NCBI GenBank assembly: GCA_965200965.1
Contig: OZ241744.1
Coordinates: 3,040,001-3,104,000, forward strand
Direction of reading: 5' to 3'
Length of the DNA: 64,000 nucleotides
Source: an uncultured Candidatus Binatia bacterium
GTDB taxonomy: Bacteria > Desulfobacterota > Binatia > Bin18
Under the pieces are notes generated by a model. That model saw only the letters and a list, made by a program, of their open reading frames with translations, made no database searches and had not been told where the DNA came from. The position numbers were made by a program, and so were the translations under genes. Positions 20,517 to 30,037 of this stretch are shown here, one piece after another. Within the stretch, counting starts at the first letter, position 1, and every line of letters begins with the position of its first letter.

Positions 20517-21275
20517 ATGGCTGCCGACGCTCCGTCTCCTCCCCCCCCCCCGCTTGGTGAACGTCCGGCCGGTCTGGTCCAGACCGGCCTCGCCGCCTGG
20601 CTGCGCCGCTACCGACGTCTTGTCCCTATCCCGCTGTGTGTCCTGGTTCTGATATTCCTTCCTCCCCTCTCCCCGCTGGCCAGCCCAGGGCTTGACTTTG
20701 CTAGCGATATCCTTGGCACAGCGGTGTGTCTGCTCGGCCAGTGGCTGCGGGTCTGGGCCTGGGGCAGCAACGCCGTGGTCGGCAAGGCCGGCGTGCGTGA
20801 GCGCGGCCCCTACGCCCTGATGCGCCACCCCCTGTACGCCGGCAACTTTCTCATCGTGCTGGGCCTCGTCCTGGTCTATCATAACCCCTGGGTCTATCCG
20901 CTCTTCCTGCTGCCCTTTGCCTATCTGTACGACGCCATCACCAGGATGGAAGAGCAACGCCTGCACTGGCGTTTTCCCCACGACTACGAAGGCTATCGGC
21001 AAGTCGCCGTACCCCGCTTTCTCCCGGTCCTGTCACATCTGGGCCGGGCGTTTGACACCACGCGCCCGTTTGGCTGGCGGCTGGCTTGGCGCAAAGAGTA
21101 TGAGTCGCTCTGCGGTTGGCTGGCCGGCATTGTCGGCATTCAACTCTACGAGCGGGTTGAGGTGCTTGGCTGGACGGTCGCTTGGCCGGCCAGCCGCCTG
21201 TGGCTCGGCCTGCTGGCGTTGATCACCGTGGCCAATATGGCTCTCAAAGCGCGCAGACGCCTCTCACAGCGGTGA
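20517..21275 (+). CDS. Isoprenylcysteine/phospholipid methyltransferase family membrane protein
   Basis: GPYALMRHPLYAGN...EEQRL...F..Y..Y...VPRFLP; start at ATG 20517 inferred. Confidence 0.8.
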   Translation: MAADAPSPPPPPLGERPAGLVQTGLAAWLRRYRRLVPIPLCVLVLIFLPPLSPLASPGLDFASDILGTAVCLLGQWLRVWAWGSNAVVGKAGVRERGPYALMRHPLYAGNFLIVLGLVLVYHNPWVYPLFLLPFAYLYDAITRMEEQRLHWRFPHDYEGYRQVAVPRFLPVLSHLGRAFDTTRPFGWRLAWRKEYESLCGWLAGIVGIQLYERVEVLGWTVAWPASRLWLGLLALITVANMALKARRRLSQR

Positions 21276-21279
21276 GCCG

Positions 21280-22155
21280 ATGGCCGCGCTCGGGCGCAAA
21301 CGCCTCATTGTCAACGGCGACGATTTTGGGATGTCCGAGCGGGTCAATGCGGCCATCCTGTACGCCCATCAGCACGGGATTCTGACCAATACCAGCCTGA
21401 TGGTCACTGCCAAGGCGTGGCGCGGGGCGATCGAGCTAGCGCGGGCCACGCCGAGCCTCGGGGTCGGGCTGCACCTGACCCTGGTCCAAGGTCGGTCGGT
21501 CCTGTCACACCCCCATGTCTCACGGCTGACCGACCGCAACAGAAACTTTCTCAATGATCCGACCCGTGCCGGGCTACGCTACTTCTTCTCGCCCCGTGCC
21601 CGCTCTCAGGTCCGGGACGAATGCCGGGCCCAGATCGAGCGCTTTCTGGCCACCGGCTTGCCGCTGGCTCATATTGACGGGCATCTCCATATGCACATGC
21701 ATCCCGTCGTTCTGGACAGCCTGCTGGAGCTGGCCAGGGAATATGGCGTCCGGGCGGTGCGGCTGACCCGGGAATCGCTGGCGCGGAGCTTGGCGCTCGA
21801 TCCGCGCGCCGCACCTCGCAAACGCCGGCAGTCTTTCATCTTTCGCCGTCTTGCCCGGCATGCCGAAAAGAAGCTGGCCGCGGCCGGCCTTGTCTGGCCG
21901 GATGCGCTGTTCGGCCTGCACCAGACCGGAGCGGTAGATGGGCCTTACCTGCTCGGCATCCTGCCCCATCTGCACGCCGGCGTGACCGAACTGTACTGCC
22001 ACCCCGCCTTTCTGCCCTGTGCCGAGGTCCAGGGCTGGAGCCCGGGCTATCGCCGTGACCTTGAGCTGGCCGCCCTGACCAGCCGGGCCGTTCGGCGCAT
22101 GATTGACGACCAGAATATTGAACTGATCGGCTACCGCGATCTGTACCGGGCCTGA
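21280..22155 (+). CDS. hpnK: Hopanoid-associated YdjC-family deacetylase HpnK
   Basis: LIVNGDDFG, VGLHLTLV, HIDGHLHMHMHP, ELYCHP. Confidence 0.88.
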   Translation: MAALGRKRLIVNGDDFGMSERVNAAILYAHQHGILTNTSLMVTAKAWRGAIELARATPSLGVGLHLTLVQGRSVLSHPHVSRLTDRNRNFLNDPTRAGLRYFFSPRARSQVRDECRAQIERFLATGLPLAHIDGHLHMHMHPVVLDSLLELAREYGVRAVRLTRESLARSLALDPRAAPRKRRQSFIFRRLARHAEKKLAAAGLVWPDALFGLHQTGAVDGPYLLGILPHLHAGVTELYCHPAFLPCAEVQGWSPGYRRDLELAALTSRAVRRMIDDQNIELIGYRDLYRA

Positions 22156-22284
22156 CTGGACATGGGCCTACGGCCAGGGCTGGCTGCGGTCACGCGCTCA
22201 TGCCCAACTGGTAAGGGCTAGAGCGATTTCAGGGGATGCTAGCAGGCGTTAGCGTTGTGAGGGTGTGAGCGGGCTGGAGGGCAA

Positions 22285-22302
22285 GCCCCCCTTCGGGGGG
22301 GC
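22285..22302. terminator. GCCCCCC-TTCG-GGGGGGC hairpin between convergent genes
   Basis: 7-bp perfect stem with a cUUCGg tetraloop. Confidence 0.55.
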
Positions 22303-22399
22303 ATCACAATGAAAGAGTGGGGTAGTGCGGCATCTGATATGGGATCACTCGTAGCGGGTTCAGAGTTGCTAGGCCGTCCGTGTATGCCACGCCATAAGG

Positions 22400-23086
22400 T
22401 CATTCAGTCCCTACTATGGTAAAGTTCTGAAGGCTTTCATCCCATTCCAGAATTGACGTTATTCCTGGGCGCGGGAAGTCGGGAACCCTCACCCTGCGAG
22501 AGTATTCTTCCCCGAAATGAGCGATACGGAATTCGTTTTGGGCATAGATGGGGTGCTGCCTATTGTAGATGTGCTCGCCAGTTACCACGCCAGATTCACC
22601 CAGCACTATAGTAAGAGGCCCGCTACAGTCTAAGCGGTTTTCCCCTATGCAGTACAGGTTCCAGTTCACAAGGACAGAAAAGCCGAGAGAGCTATTCTCG
22701 GGCGGAAACAGACAACGCTCCCCCGGCAGGGCGTCCGCCCGTGTTTCGTGGGTCGCTAGATAGCCCAACGCCGGGCGGGGCTCTTCCGATATGCTGGCGG
22801 CTGGCCTCCAGCCAACATTAGTAGGACACCAGGATGTTTTCCCGTTCTGGTCTTGAATCCAGCAGTTATGAGCATCCCCGCAGGTCCAGCCCCGGATAAC
22901 CCCAATGCCTGCTTGTGTAGAGCCGAGGGCAGGTGTTTCTATGACGGTTTCCCCGCGATGCTCGGCATACCCGATAGGGGCAAGCACCGGCACTAGAATC
23001 GCCAGGGTGAAGGCGAGGGGTAGATCAATTGCAAGATTGATTTTGCGTATGCTGACGAGGCCAGCCCGCCCGTTCTGGGCTGTCAA
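22400..23086 (-). CDS. Secreted protein with a diverged copy of the unnamed two-Cys domain (start uncertain)
   Basis: Signal-like segment then IETPALGSTQAGIGVIRGWTC...TRAD...VNWNL...FGEEY...PDFPRPG....LEWDESLQNF. Confidence 0.7.
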   Translation of the reverse strand: MTAQNGRAGLVSIRKINLAIDLPLAFTLAILVPVLAPIGYAEHRGETVIETPALGSTQAGIGVIRGWTCGDAHNCWIQDQNGKTSWCPTNVGWRPAASISEEPRPALGYLATHETRADALPGERCLFPPENSSLGFSVLVNWNLYCIGENRLDCSGPLTIVLGESGVVTGEHIYNRQHPIYAQNEFRIAHFGEEYSRRVRVPDFPRPGITSILEWDESLQNFTIVGTE

Positions 23087-23221
23087 GCCGGCGCTAGCAG
23101 TCTCACAGAGCAGCTCGTCAAGCCGTCACTTGAAAACTTGATTATTGCAAACGTACCTTGATAAGAAAAAAAGAAGAAGTAGAACTTTTCTCTCCCTTCT
23201 TGTCAATGATTTTCGGTCGGC

Positions 23222-24391
23222 CTACAAGGTCTCGCTGTGTGAGACATCGGGTACGATGTCTTCCGCGGCCATGAGCGCCATCGTGCCATCCCGACGCACC
23301 CGAAAGGTATGCTCTCGCCAGCGGACGGTGTTCCCGCCCAGGCTCCAGACCCAAATCCCGAAGGCCATGAGGTCGGTGATGAGGACAAGTCCAAACGTTG
23401 CCAGGGGTAGCCTGACCCCCAGAAAATATCGGCCCAGCAGCATAGCCGAGAGACAGCGAACCGCCAGGGTCAGCCCGGACAGGACGGCCAGCGTTGTCCA
23501 GCCCGACATAAGCCCCAGCACGGCCCAGACCGTGCCATACGTCACCAGGGTGCCCACATAGCCGACCGGGCGGCACAGGCGTTGGGTTCGCGCCCAGCGC
23601 ATCTGGTGGGAGACCAGTTCCCGCAGGCTGGCCACGTCGGGATAGGTTTCGACGACATAGGGCAGGATGCGCACCCGGTAGCCGGCCCGGCGGGCAAAGT
23701 TCCCCAGATAATAATCATCGGCCAGATAATCGGCCAGGGCCGCAAAGCCCCCGATAGCCTTAGTACACGAATGTGTCACGGCCACGCTTGCCCCAAAGGC
23801 GTAGCTGGTCCGCTCGACCTGGCTGGCAAGCAGGACGGCAGGCATGAAAGAGGTGTTGATCAGCACCGATTCGAGCAGGGCCGGCAGGGGCTGGCGAGCG
23901 ACGCTGCGGTAGGGACAGGTCACGACTCCGACCCGTGGACCGCTCAGGGGTGGAATGATGCGCCGCAGGTAGTCCGCGGCGACCTGCACATCGCTGTCGC
24001 TGATGACAAAAATGTCGTATTTGGCCCGCTGTGACAGCGCGTGCAGGGTGTTCACCTTCTGATTGCTCCCGACCGTCTCAGGATCGACGACCAGCACAAT
24101 ATCGCACTCTGGGAAGTCGTGCTGGAGGTGTTGGACGACCGTGATGGCGGGATCGAGCGGGTCGCGTACACCAAACAACAGTTGAAAGGCAGGGTAATCA
24201 ATACGGCAGAAACTCGCCAAATGCGCGTACAGGTCGGGCGTTGCCCCCTTGAGAGGCTTCAGGATGGACACCGGCGGGCAGGCTGCTAGGGGGGTGGGAC
24301 GCGGTCGAAATAGTCGCCAGGCGGCATACACGGACAAGAGGTAATACGCCCAGGCAGCACACAGCAAAACGGCGAGGAGGATCGTAAGCAT
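23222..24391 (-). CDS. hpnI: Bacteriohopanetetrol glucosamine glycosyltransferase HpnI
   Basis: PVSILKPLKG, GSNQKV, SDSD, LADDY, QMRWART (GT2/GT21). Confidence 0.9.
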   Translation of the reverse strand: MLTILLAVLLCAAWAYYLLSVYAAWRLFRPRPTPLAACPPVSILKPLKGATPDLYAHLASFCRIDYPAFQLLFGVRDPLDPAITVVQHLQHDFPECDIVLVVDPETVGSNQKVNTLHALSQRAKYDIFVISDSDVQVAADYLRRIIPPLSGPRVGVVTCPYRSVARQPLPALLESVLINTSFMPAVLLASQVERTSYAFGASVAVTHSCTKAIGGFAALADYLADDYYLGNFARRAGYRVRILPYVVETYPDVASLRELVSHQMRWARTQRLCRPVGYVGTLVTYGTVWAVLGLMSGWTTLAVLSGLTLAVRCLSAMLLGRYFLGVRLPLATFGLVLITDLMAFGIWVWSLGGNTVRWREHTFRVRRDGTMALMAAEDIVPDVSHSETL

Positions 24392-24407
24392 AAGAGCGGG
24401 CGGACGG

Positions 24408-24434
24408 CCGGAGGGGAAGGCTCAGCCCCTCCGG
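24408..24434. other. Intercistronic stem-loop between hpnJ and hpnI
   Basis: CCGGAGGGG ... CCCCTCCGG, 9-bp perfect stem. Confidence 0.45.
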
Positions 24435-24444
24435 GCACGGTGTC

Positions 24445-25890
24445 CTAGGCGGCTGGTGCGGTGCTCTTGCCGGCCATCTGACGCCGGGTGCGCATGGTCC
24501 GAAAAAAATCTTTGCCTTCTTGCCACATCCGTTTGCGTTCCTCGGGGTTGGCGACCATCTTTTTCACGGCTTTGACGATGTAGCGGGGACGCAGATAGTA
24601 GGAGGTGTAAAACCGCTCAACCGTCGAGAAGATCTCCTCGCTCGACAGGTGGGGGTAGTTAATGACGCATTGCTGATAGCCCGTCTCGTCCACCATGTCT
24701 TCCGGTTTGATCAAGCCGTGTGCTACGGCGTGGTCGTAGAAGGCGGTCCCGGGATAGGGTGAGGCCAGGGAGACCTGGATCGTCTCGGGGTTCATTTCCC
24801 GTGCAAAACGCATGGTCTCTTGCATGGTTTCCCGCGTTTCACCAGGCAGGCCGAGGATAAACGTGCCGTGAATCAAAATGCCGAGCTTGTGGCAGTCTGT
24901 GGTAAACCGCCGGGCGGTTTCGAGCGCAACGCCTTTTCTGATGTTTTTCAGAATCTGGGCGTTGCCGGACTCATAGCCAATCACAAACAGGCGCAGGCCG
25001 CCCTCTTTCATGATTCTGAGCGTTTCGTAGTCAACATTGGCCCGCGAGTTTGTGGACCAGCACAGGCCCAGCGGTTTGAGTCGCCGGGCGATCTCGCGTG
25101 CCCGTTTGGGATCCGCGGTGAAGGTGTCGTCATCAAAGAAAATCTCTTTCATGCCTGGAAACAGACGGGGCATGGCCTGGACTTCGGCAATCACGTTGTC
25201 CACCGAGCGGGTCCGGTAGGAGTGGCCGGTCGTGACCTGGGGCCAGAGGCAGAAGGTGCAGCGGGCCGGACAGCCACGGCCGGTGTACAGGGACACATAC
25301 GGGTACTGACAGTAGGGGCTGTTATACTTGCGGAAGTCGAGGTCGCGGGCATAAATGGAGCTTGCAAAGGGCAGGCGGTCCAGTTCGTCACCGGTCATCG
25401 GGGTCCGCTCGGGATTATGCACAATCCGCCCGTTCTTCCGGTAGCTGATGCCTTGGACCTGGGCCCAGTCCAGACCCTCGGCCAGCTCTTTCATTGACCA
25501 GTCGAACTCTTTGCGGGCGGCGATATCAATGGCGGTGGATGCTTGCAGGGTCTGCTCGGGCATGGCCGTTGGATGGCCGCCGACAAAGGCGACCGTCGCC
25601 CCCGGATTGCTGTCCTTAATCATCTGCGCGGTTTGCACGTCCATCTTGAACGAGGGCGTACTGGTATGCAGGACCACGAAGTCATACGCCTTGGCAATAG
25701 CGACGCTCTGGGCCTGACTCAGCCCCTCGGGCGGAGCGTCAAGCACACGGCTGTCTTGAATCATGCCGGCCGGGTAACACAGCCAAGTTGGATACCAGAA
25801 GGACCACACCTCCCGTGTCGCCTGATAGCGAGACCCCGCCCCGCCGTCGAAGTTGTCGTAGGCCGGGGGGTTTAAGAACAAGGTACGCAT
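24445..25890 (-). CDS. hpnJ: Hopanoid radical SAM protein HpnJ
   Basis: FLNPP..FDGGAGSRYQA..E..SFWYPTWL; CPARCTFCLWPQ radical SAM motif. Confidence 0.95.
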   Translation of the reverse strand: MRTLFLNPPAYDNFDGGAGSRYQATREVWSFWYPTWLCYPAGMIQDSRVLDAPPEGLSQAQSVAIAKAYDFVVLHTSTPSFKMDVQTAQMIKDSNPGATVAFVGGHPTAMPEQTLQASTAIDIAARKEFDWSMKELAEGLDWAQVQGISYRKNGRIVHNPERTPMTGDELDRLPFASSIYARDLDFRKYNSPYCQYPYVSLYTGRGCPARCTFCLWPQVTTGHSYRTRSVDNVIAEVQAMPRLFPGMKEIFFDDDTFTADPKRAREIARRLKPLGLCWSTNSRANVDYETLRIMKEGGLRLFVIGYESGNAQILKNIRKGVALETARRFTTDCHKLGILIHGTFILGLPGETRETMQETMRFAREMNPETIQVSLASPYPGTAFYDHAVAHGLIKPEDMVDETGYQQCVINYPHLSSEEIFSTVERFYTSYYLRPRYIVKAVKKMVANPEERKRMWQEGKDFFRTMRTRRQMAGKSTAPAA

Positions 25891-25977
25891 TCCCTCCTCC
25901 TTCCCTCATCTGTATCCACGTCACTCTCCTACATACCAAACAGCGGCCCGCCGGCATAGGGGCGACGGCCCGGCCGC

Positions 25978-27015
25978 TCAGGGCAGGGGCTCGGGCAGGG
26001 CCGGGGGATGCTCCCCGGCCCGCCAGGCATAGCCGGCGCGGGTCAGAAAGAGCAGACCAAGCCCGTTATAAACCGCCTCCCGCGCCCGTTTGAGGACCAT
26101 CAGGGCCAGCCCGGCCCCGACATCGATCCCGAGCAGACGACTCAGAAAGACCCCGGTGGTCTCTCTGACGCCGAGTGCACCGGGAATGACCAGGGCCGCG
26201 GCCGTCATGGGTTGCAGCATGGACTCAAGAATCAGTGCCTCGACCGGACTGACGCGGATACCGATCAGGGCAAAGATGACCCAGATTTCGACCGCGCCCA
26301 GCACCCAGCCCAACAGGTGGTAGAGGGTCGCGGCAAGAAAGGTGTGCGGCTTGCTGTCGTACAACTGGAGGAGCTGGGCGTCGATGCGCCGCGCGCCGGC
26401 TTCCCAGCGTTGCGGGGCCGACCAGTGTGGAAACCAGCGTCCCAGACCCCGGACGAGCTTTTCCATCAGACCGCGCCGCTGCCAGTGGATCAGACCCAGG
26501 ACAAAGCCGCAGGAGACGGCCAGCAGCAGACCCATCACCCACCAGCCGTGCAGCCCCCAGCCAAAGCGAAACAGAAAAAACGGCAGGCCGATAAGAATAA
26601 AGATGACCTGAGAGACGGTCAGCGCGGTTTTGGCCGCCACAACCGAGGCCATGCCCACCTCGGGACGAATCCCACGCCGGCGCAGCAGATAAACCTTGAA
26701 GGCTTCGCCGCCGATGGAGGCAGTCGGGGTGAGATTGTTTACCGCCTCTCCGGCAATCCGGCTCAGCGAGAAATACCACAGCGGGATGGGCCGGACAGCG
26801 GCGTCTTGGGGAACCAGCCACGACCAGCCCTTGGCATCACACGCGGCAATGGCGGCGTAGGGCAGGAGGACAAGTGGGGCGAACCAGCCCAGCCGAACCG
26901 TGTGGCTGGCAACATCGGACAGCCCGACCGTCCACACCAGGACGCCGAGCAGCCCCAGACCAAGCGATACGGACAGCAGTTGAATGCCACGGTGTTTTCG
27001 TGCGCTGGTGGTCAT
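25978..27015 (-). CDS. hpnL: HpnL / lysylphosphatidylglycerol-synthase-TM (flippase-like) membrane protein
   Basis: GEAVNNLTPTASIGGE, IPGALGVRE, KRARE motifs; upstream of hpnJ. Confidence 0.75.
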   Translation of the reverse strand: MTTSARKHRGIQLLSVSLGLGLLGVLVWTVGLSDVASHTVRLGWFAPLVLLPYAAIAACDAKGWSWLVPQDAAVRPIPLWYFSLSRIAGEAVNNLTPTASIGGEAFKVYLLRRRGIRPEVGMASVVAAKTALTVSQVIFILIGLPFFLFRFGWGLHGWWVMGLLLAVSCGFVLGLIHWQRRGLMEKLVRGLGRWFPHWSAPQRWEAGARRIDAQLLQLYDSKPHTFLAATLYHLLGWVLGAVEIWVIFALIGIRVSPVEALILESMLQPMTAAALVIPGALGVRETTGVFLSRLLGIDVGAGLALMVLKRAREAVYNGLGLLFLTRAGYAWRAGEHPPALPEPLP

Positions 27016-27058
27016 GCCGGCGGGAGGGGAGTCAGGGTCGGCGAAGGGACGCGGCCAA

Positions 27059-27448
27059 CTATTGCAGGGCGGTTGGCTCACTCAGGGTAAACTCGGCAAT
27101 CTGGACATCAAAGCGATCTCCCCCGGTCGTCACCATCTGATATGTCCCCCGCATTGAGCCAAAGGGGGTCGGCAGCGGACAGCCCGAGGTGTATTCAAAC
27201 GACTGGCCGGGACCGAGGACGGGCTGTTCCCCGACCACCCCCGGACCTTTGACTTCCTCCACATGGCCGGTTGCGTCGGTAATAATCCAGTGGCGGGTGA
27301 GCAACTGGACGGTCTCGCTGCCCTGGTTTGAAATCTGGACCGTGTACAAAAAGAACCACTGATTCAGCTGCGGCATAGAGCGGCTGGGATCGTACTGGGT
27401 CCTGACCCGGATCCGAATGCCTTTTGTGACTGCTTCAGACCGTGCCAC
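27059..27448 (-). CDS. apaG: ApaG protein
   Basis: QLLTRHWIITD...GPGVVGEQP...FEYTSGCPLPTPFGSM. Confidence 0.95.
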   Translation of the reverse strand: MARSEAVTKGIRIRVRTQYDPSRSMPQLNQWFFLYTVQISNQGSETVQLLTRHWIITDATGHVEEVKGPGVVGEQPVLGPGQSFEYTSGCPLPTPFGSMRGTYQMVTTGGDRFDVQIAEFTLSEPTALQ

Positions 27449-27893
27449 GCCCCACCTCTTTGTGCGGAGACACTCGCGTATTCATATGGGCCGCAATGGC
27501 CTCGGCCAGTCGGGTGCCGTCCTCAGCGTTCAATGCGCCGGCTGGCCAGTCAATGCCAAGGCCAGAGCCGTTGGAGAGCTTCGGGATGATATGAAAATGC
27601 ACATGCCCGACAGCCTGATGGGCGGCCGCACCGTTGTTCTGGAGCACATTGAAATCCCGTGCGCCGGTTGCCCGCAGCACTGCACGACTCAGCCGGGGCA
27701 AGACCCGCCCCAAGGCGGCCGCGGAGTCGTCCGACAACTGATCGAGGGTCTCGGCCGGCTCTTTGGGGATGAGCAGGGTATGCCCCGTGCTGAGCGGACC
27801 GGTGTCCAGAAAAGCCAGGACCTTGCTATCCTCGTACACCCGATGACAGGGAATGTCCCCGGCCAGAATGCGGGTAAAAATCGTGTCAGGCAT
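27435..27893 (-). CDS. HIT family hydrolase
   Basis: TIFTRIL, AFLD..P...GHTLLIPK, HVHFHII. Confidence 0.93.
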   Translation of the reverse strand: MPDTIFTRILAGDIPCHRVYEDSKVLAFLDTGPLSTGHTLLIPKEPAETLDQLSDDSAAALGRVLPRLSRAVLRATGARDFNVLQNNGAAAHQAVGHVHFHIIPKLSNGSGLGIDWPAGALNAEDGTRLAEAIAAHMNTRVSPHKEVGRGTV

Positions 27894-27940
27894 GTGGCAA
27901 GCGTAGCCCAAGCCCTGGGGGTACACCAGCCCCCGGTGTC

Positions 27941-28738
27941 TCAACGCCCGCGAAAAACCGGCGGGCGCTTCTCTACAAACGCGGCTACGCCCTCTTTGTG
28001 GTCATCGGTCTGGCCGCAGCGTAGATGCGTCTCGGCCTCGCGGTCCAGCATGGTCCTGAAATCGACCGTGGTCGAGGCGTTGATATTGGCCTTCATATAG
28101 CGGTAGCTGACCAGCGGGCCTGAGGCTATCCGCTCGGCAATCGCCATTGCCTCTTCCATCAGCCTGTCATGCGGGAACACCCGATTCACCAAGCCGAGGG
28201 CCTGAGCTTCCTGGGCCGAAATCATATCGGGCAAAAAGAACAGCTCTTTGGCCTTGGCCTGACCGACCAGATTCGTCAGTTGCCAAGTCGTGCCGTAATC
28301 TCCGCCGTAGCCGACCCTTGCATAGGCCGTGCCAAAGCGCGCCTGCTCAGACGCCAAGCGCAGATCGCACGACAGGGCCAAGCCCAGTCCGGCCCCGGCC
28401 GCCGGCCCGTTCACCACCGCGATGACCACCTTGGGACAGGTGTGCAGCAGCCAAGGCAGGCTGTGGGCGCGGCGCAGTTCGTCGATATTGTCTTCCAGGG
28501 TTGAGGTTTTTTTGCCAATCTCGGTACCTTTGTACATGGCCGAGACATCCCCGCCGGCACAGAATCCGCGCCCGGCCCCCGTCAGAACCACCGCTCCTAC
28601 ATCCGGGTCGTGCATCCATTCTTGAAGCGTTGCCACCCCGATGTCACCCATCTGGCGGGTCAGGGCGTTCAGTTTGTCCGGGCGGTTCAGGGTCAGGATA
28701 CCCACGCGATTTTTGACACGCACCTCGAGAGCTACCAT
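27941..28738 (-). CDS. Enoyl-CoA hydratase/isomerase family
   Basis: LNRPDKLNAL, FCAGGD, NGPAAGAG, EKRPPVF. Confidence 0.92.
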   Translation of the reverse strand: MVALEVRVKNRVGILTLNRPDKLNALTRQMGDIGVATLQEWMHDPDVGAVVLTGAGRGFCAGGDVSAMYKGTEIGKKTSTLEDNIDELRRAHSLPWLLHTCPKVVIAVVNGPAAGAGLGLALSCDLRLASEQARFGTAYARVGYGGDYGTTWQLTNLVGQAKAKELFFLPDMISAQEAQALGLVNRVFPHDRLMEEAMAIAERIASGPLVSYRYMKANINASTTVDFRTMLDREAETHLRCGQTDDHKEGVAAFVEKRPPVFRGR

Positions 28739-28821
28739 GTCCTTGGCCTCCTTTCCAGTACACGCTTGCACTCTAGCGTATACTGGGCGTAAAGGAAAAG
28801 GGTGCGAAAAAGGAGGCTGGT

Positions 28822-29448
28822 ATGACTACTGTTGATTCCCACCGTATTGCGACCGTGGACGAACTGCGGACCATTATTGGCACGCCCAGCGAACTCGTGC
28901 CCCACAAGCTGTGGACCGCCCTGGACGACACTTGTGTGGATTTTATTCAGCGCTCGCCCTTTCTCCTGCTGGCAACCTCGGACGCCGAGGGGAACATGGA
29001 TGTGTCGCCCAAGGGCGACGGCCCCGGCTTTGTCGCCGTAGAGGACGCTATCACGCTGCTCATTCCAGACCGCAGCGGCAACAGGCTGATCTTTGGCCTG
29101 CAAAATATCCTGACCAACCCCCACGTCGGACTGATCTTTCTCATTCCCGGCACGGGAGAAACGCTGCGGGTCAACGGCACGGCAGCCCTCACCAGGGACC
29201 CGGCCATTCTGGAGCGCCTGTCAGCCCGGGGCAAACCCGCGGTTGTCGCCATCCGGGTCCACATCAAAGAAGTCTTCTACCACTGCGCCAAGGCATTGCT
29301 GCGCGCCCAACTGTGGAAGGCCGAGACTTGGCCGGAAAAGAGACCCATCTCGTTCGGCAGAATCCTGGCCGGCAAAATGGGCGGCGACACCAGGATGGCC
29401 GAGCAGATCGACCAGTTCGTGGAGCAGGATTATAAGACGAATCTGTAG
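28822..29448 (+). CDS. Pyridoxamine-5'-phosphate-oxidase-like FMN-binding protein
   Basis: DVSPKGD.PGFV, PDRSGNR, ETLRVNG, YHCAKA; AGGAGG RBS. Confidence 0.88.
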   Translation: MTTVDSHRIATVDELRTIIGTPSELVPHKLWTALDDTCVDFIQRSPFLLLATSDAEGNMDVSPKGDGPGFVAVEDAITLLIPDRSGNRLIFGLQNILTNPHVGLIFLIPGTGETLRVNGTAALTRDPAILERLSARGKPAVVAIRVHIKEVFYHCAKALLRAQLWKAETWPEKRPISFGRILAGKMGGDTRMAEQIDQFVEQDYKTNL

Positions 29449-29455
29449 GGAGCCG

Positions 29456-30037
29456 ATGCCTAGTCACTTCTTCGCCTATCTGTCGCGCATGAAGTTCATC
29501 CGCCGCTGGGGGCTGATGCACAGCACCTACCCGGAAAATATCCAGGAGCATAGCTCACAGGTGGCGATGGTGGCCCACGCCCTGGCGATTATCCGTAACC
29601 GAGTGTTTGGCGGTCAGGTCAACCCCGAGCGGACCGCGGTCCTGGCCCTGTATCACGACGCCGGCGAGGTCCTGACAGGCGACCTGCCCACCCCGGTCAA
29701 ATACTTCAACCCCGACATCAAGACCGCTTACCGCGGCCTGGAGCAGACCGCCAACGCCAAGCTGCTCGGCCTGCTCCCCGCCGAACTCCAGGCCGACTAC
29801 CGGGCCTGCTTTCACCCCCGGGCCGCGGACGCGGCCTGCCTGGAACTGGTCAAGGCCGCGGACAAACTGTGCGCCTATCTGAAATGTGTGCAAGAGATGA
29901 GCGCCGGCAACGCCGAGTTCAGCCAAGCCGAAAAGGCGCTCAGAGCAACGCTGGAAGGTCTGGCCCTGCCCGAAGTGGGCTACTTCCTCAACACCTTTGC
30001 GCCGAGCTTCAGGCTGACTCTGGACGAACTCAACTGA
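29456..30037 (+). CDS. yfbR: HD-family 5'-deoxynucleotidase
   Basis: SHFFAYLSRMKFIRRWGLM, ENIQEHS, YHD..E..TGDLPTPVKY, ADKLCAYLKC. Confidence 0.92.
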   Translation: MPSHFFAYLSRMKFIRRWGLMHSTYPENIQEHSSQVAMVAHALAIIRNRVFGGQVNPERTAVLALYHDAGEVLTGDLPTPVKYFNPDIKTAYRGLEQTANAKLLGLLPAELQADYRACFHPRAADAACLELVKAADKLCAYLKCVQEMSAGNAEFSQAEKALRATLEGLALPEVGYFLNTFAPSFRLTLDELN

